The notes under the pieces are model-generated. The model made no database searches, was not told where the DNA came from, and saw nothing but the letters and a program-made list of their open reading frames with translations. This document shows positions 62,368 through 64,000 of a stretch of DNA of 64,000 nt, piece by piece. A program made the position numbers and the translations under genes. This DNA is from Candidatus Micrarchaeota archaeon (GTDB taxonomy: Archaea > Micrarchaeota > Micrarchaeia > Anstonellales > Bilamarchaeaceae). Positions within the stretch are counted from its first letter, which is position 1, and each line of letters opens with the position of its first letter. The stretch covers positions 1,590 to 65,589 of the forward strand of contig JACRGB010000039.1 in assembly GCA_016212505.1 (NCBI GenBank), read 5' to 3'.

Positions 62368-64000
62368 ATGGTAGAGCGAAAACCAAACCCGACTGACGCA
62401 AAAACATACTACCAGATGGGTAACGATTATTATGAAAAGTCAGATTACGAGAAAGGAATAGAAAACTATAACATGGCTATCCTTCTGAATCCGGTTTTCT
62501 CAGAAGCCTACTTTAATCGGGCCCTATCGTACTACCAACTAAAGAATTTCGACAAATCAACCGCAGATTACACCAAGTCGATGGAATTGGACCCCCAAAA
62601 CCCGATAATATACAATAACCGGGGGGATGCATTCTACCGAAAGCAGGATTTCCAGAGCGCGATAAAAGATTATGATAAGGCAATCAACCTAAATCCGAAT
62701 TATCTTAAGGCATTTTACAACCGCGGGCTTTCTTATGCGAGTATAGAGGAATATGAGAAAGCAATTGATGATTTTACAAAAGTTATCTCACTTAAGGCTG
62801 ATTTTGCAGAAGCATATCATCTAAGGGGGCTTGCATACGAATATGCGGGCGGCATTGCAAGCGCAATAACCGATTACACAAAAGCTTTGGAACTAAACCC
62901 CGATCTTACTGAAGCGAAAACCCACTTAGAGAGTGCCAAGGCCAAAAAAGATCAGGAAGGAAAAGGCGGCGGTGGCGAAGGAGGCACTGCAGATGTAAAG
63001 ATGCTTACCAAGCCGAATATGACTTTCAATGATGTTGCCGGCATGACCAAAATGAAGGAAGAAATCCGCAAGTCCATTGTTTACCCTATGATGAATCCCG
63101 AACTTGCACGCAAATACGGCAAATTGGGCGGCGGCGGGATTTTGATGTACGGTCCTCCCGGATGCGGGAAAACATTTATTGTAAAAGCAGCAGCGGGCGA
63201 ATGCCAGGCCGGCTTTATCAACGCAAAATTATCCGACTTACTCGACATGTACGTGGGTAATACCGAAAAAAATATCCACAAAGTTTTCGAGCTCGCTAGA
63301 AAAAACACCCCCTGCTTATTGTTCTTTGATGAAGTCGATGCCATTGGTGGCCGAAGGGACCAGCAGGAAGGTCAGCAATACATGCGCATGGCAGTAAATC
63401 AGATGCTTTATGAAATAGATGGTGTTGAAGCCAACAATGCCAATGTGCTTATTATTGCAGCAACCAACGCTCCCTGGGATGTTGATCCTGCATTAAGGCG
63501 ATCGGGCCGTTTCAGCAAAACCATACTTATTCCGGAACCAGATTACGAATCACGCGTTGCAATCCTGAAAATGCATGCAAAGAAGAGACCGGTTTCGTCA
63601 TTTATCCCATTCAACTTGCTTGCAATGGCAACCCTCAGTTACGCTTCAGCAGACCACAAGGCCATAGTAGATGATGCAGCAACTTTGCCCTGGATGGAGG
63701 CATTCAGTTCCATTCAAAAAAGGACAAATGAACTTATGAAAGGCGGCATGCCAAAAGACCAGGCAGAAGAGCTTGCAAAGAAACAGGTCAGCCAACGGGT
63801 ACTTACCCTTGGTGATTTTGTCTTTGCGATTGCAAAGAAGCGTTCATCCCTTCCTCCTTGGTATGAGCAGGCAAAGAAACAAATAGGAAAACAGGAAGAA
63901 GTCACGATAATTGATGGCAAAGAGCACAAGAAAGTAACTGAAAGCAAGATGGGCCCTGGTGAAAAAGAGGCGTTCAAGGACCTCCTAAGCACCATCAACC
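62368..64000 (+). CDS. TPR-repeat plus AAA+ ATPase protein, C-terminus beyond window end
   Basis: Open frame not in the ORF track because no stop lies in the window. About five TPR units (YYQMGNDYYEKSDYEKGIENYNMAILLNP...), a Gly-rich linker, Walker A GPPGCGKT, Walker B LLFFDEVD, and second region of homology ATNAPWDVDPALRRSGRF. Confidence 0.85.
   Translation, partial: MVERKPNPTDAKTYYQMGNDYYEKSDYEKGIENYNMAILLNPVFSEAYFNRALSYYQLKNFDKSTADYTKSMELDPQNPIIYNNRGDAFYRKQDFQSAIKDYDKAINLNPNYLKAFYNRGLSYASIEEYEKAIDDFTKVISLKADFAEAYHLRGLAYEYAGGIASAITDYTKALELNPDLTEAKTHLESAKAKKDQEGKGGGGEGGTADVKMLTKPNMTFNDVAGMTKMKEEIRKSIVYPMMNPELARKYGKLGGGGILMYGPPGCGKTFIVKAAAGECQAGFINAKLSDLLDMYVGNTEKNIHKVFELARKNTPCLLFFDEVDAIGGRRDQQEGQQYMRMAVNQMLYEIDGVEANNANVLIIAATNAPWDVDPALRRSGRFSKTILIPEPDYESRVAILKMHAKKRPVSSFIPFNLLAMATLSYASADHKAIVDDAATLPWMEAFSSIQKRTNELMKGGMPKDQAEELAKKQVSQRVLTLGDFVFAIAKKRSSLPPWYEQAKKQIGKQEEVTIIDGKEHKKVTESKMGPGEKEAFKDLLSTIN

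Overview
This is an AT-rich, tightly packed archaeal chromosome segment. It encodes archaeal/eukaryal-type information genes: eL31, eL39, eS19, LX/eL20, aIF6, prefoldin alpha, fibrillarin, RFC small subunit, Trm56, Sua5, and FtsY plus an SRP RNA. Small gene sizes, many 4-8 nt start/stop overlaps and near-leaderless TATA spacing suggest a small-genome (DPANN-like) archaeon; that assignment is inference. Housekeeping content includes the classic block rps19e / PDCD5-like / rpl39e / rpl31e / eif6 / rplX / pfdA / ftsY, plus pyrBI, tmk, tRNA-Glu, ileS, valS, eno, a fumarase/aspartase-family lyase, a TPP enzyme and a SAMP-NcsA tRNA-thiolation pair. The standout is a roughly 16 kb island (5.4-21.5 kb) that looks compositionally distinct by eye. 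It consists of two convergent giant orphan genes (1922 aa secreted/anchored, 2700 aa multi-TM) with small accessory ORFs, and it is bracketed by a RelE-type and a HEPN/MNT toxin-antitoxin pair. Next to it sits a Hanks-type kinase cluster whose neighbouring small protein carries three copies of a P-Y-x-E-V motif that also occurs in the kinase N-terminus. Other notable items are listed here.
- A 31-nt duplicate of the tRNA-Glu 3-prime end flanks a 0.8 kb lipoprotein cassette.
- A 400-nt array of hairpin repeats with covarying stems lies beside the SRP RNA gene.
- A DUF3800 / TrmB / orphan / deoxyribosyltransferase-like cluster has a frame junction.
- Several divergent orphan gene pairs are present.
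No CRISPR array, integrase, transposase or reverse transcriptase was seen.
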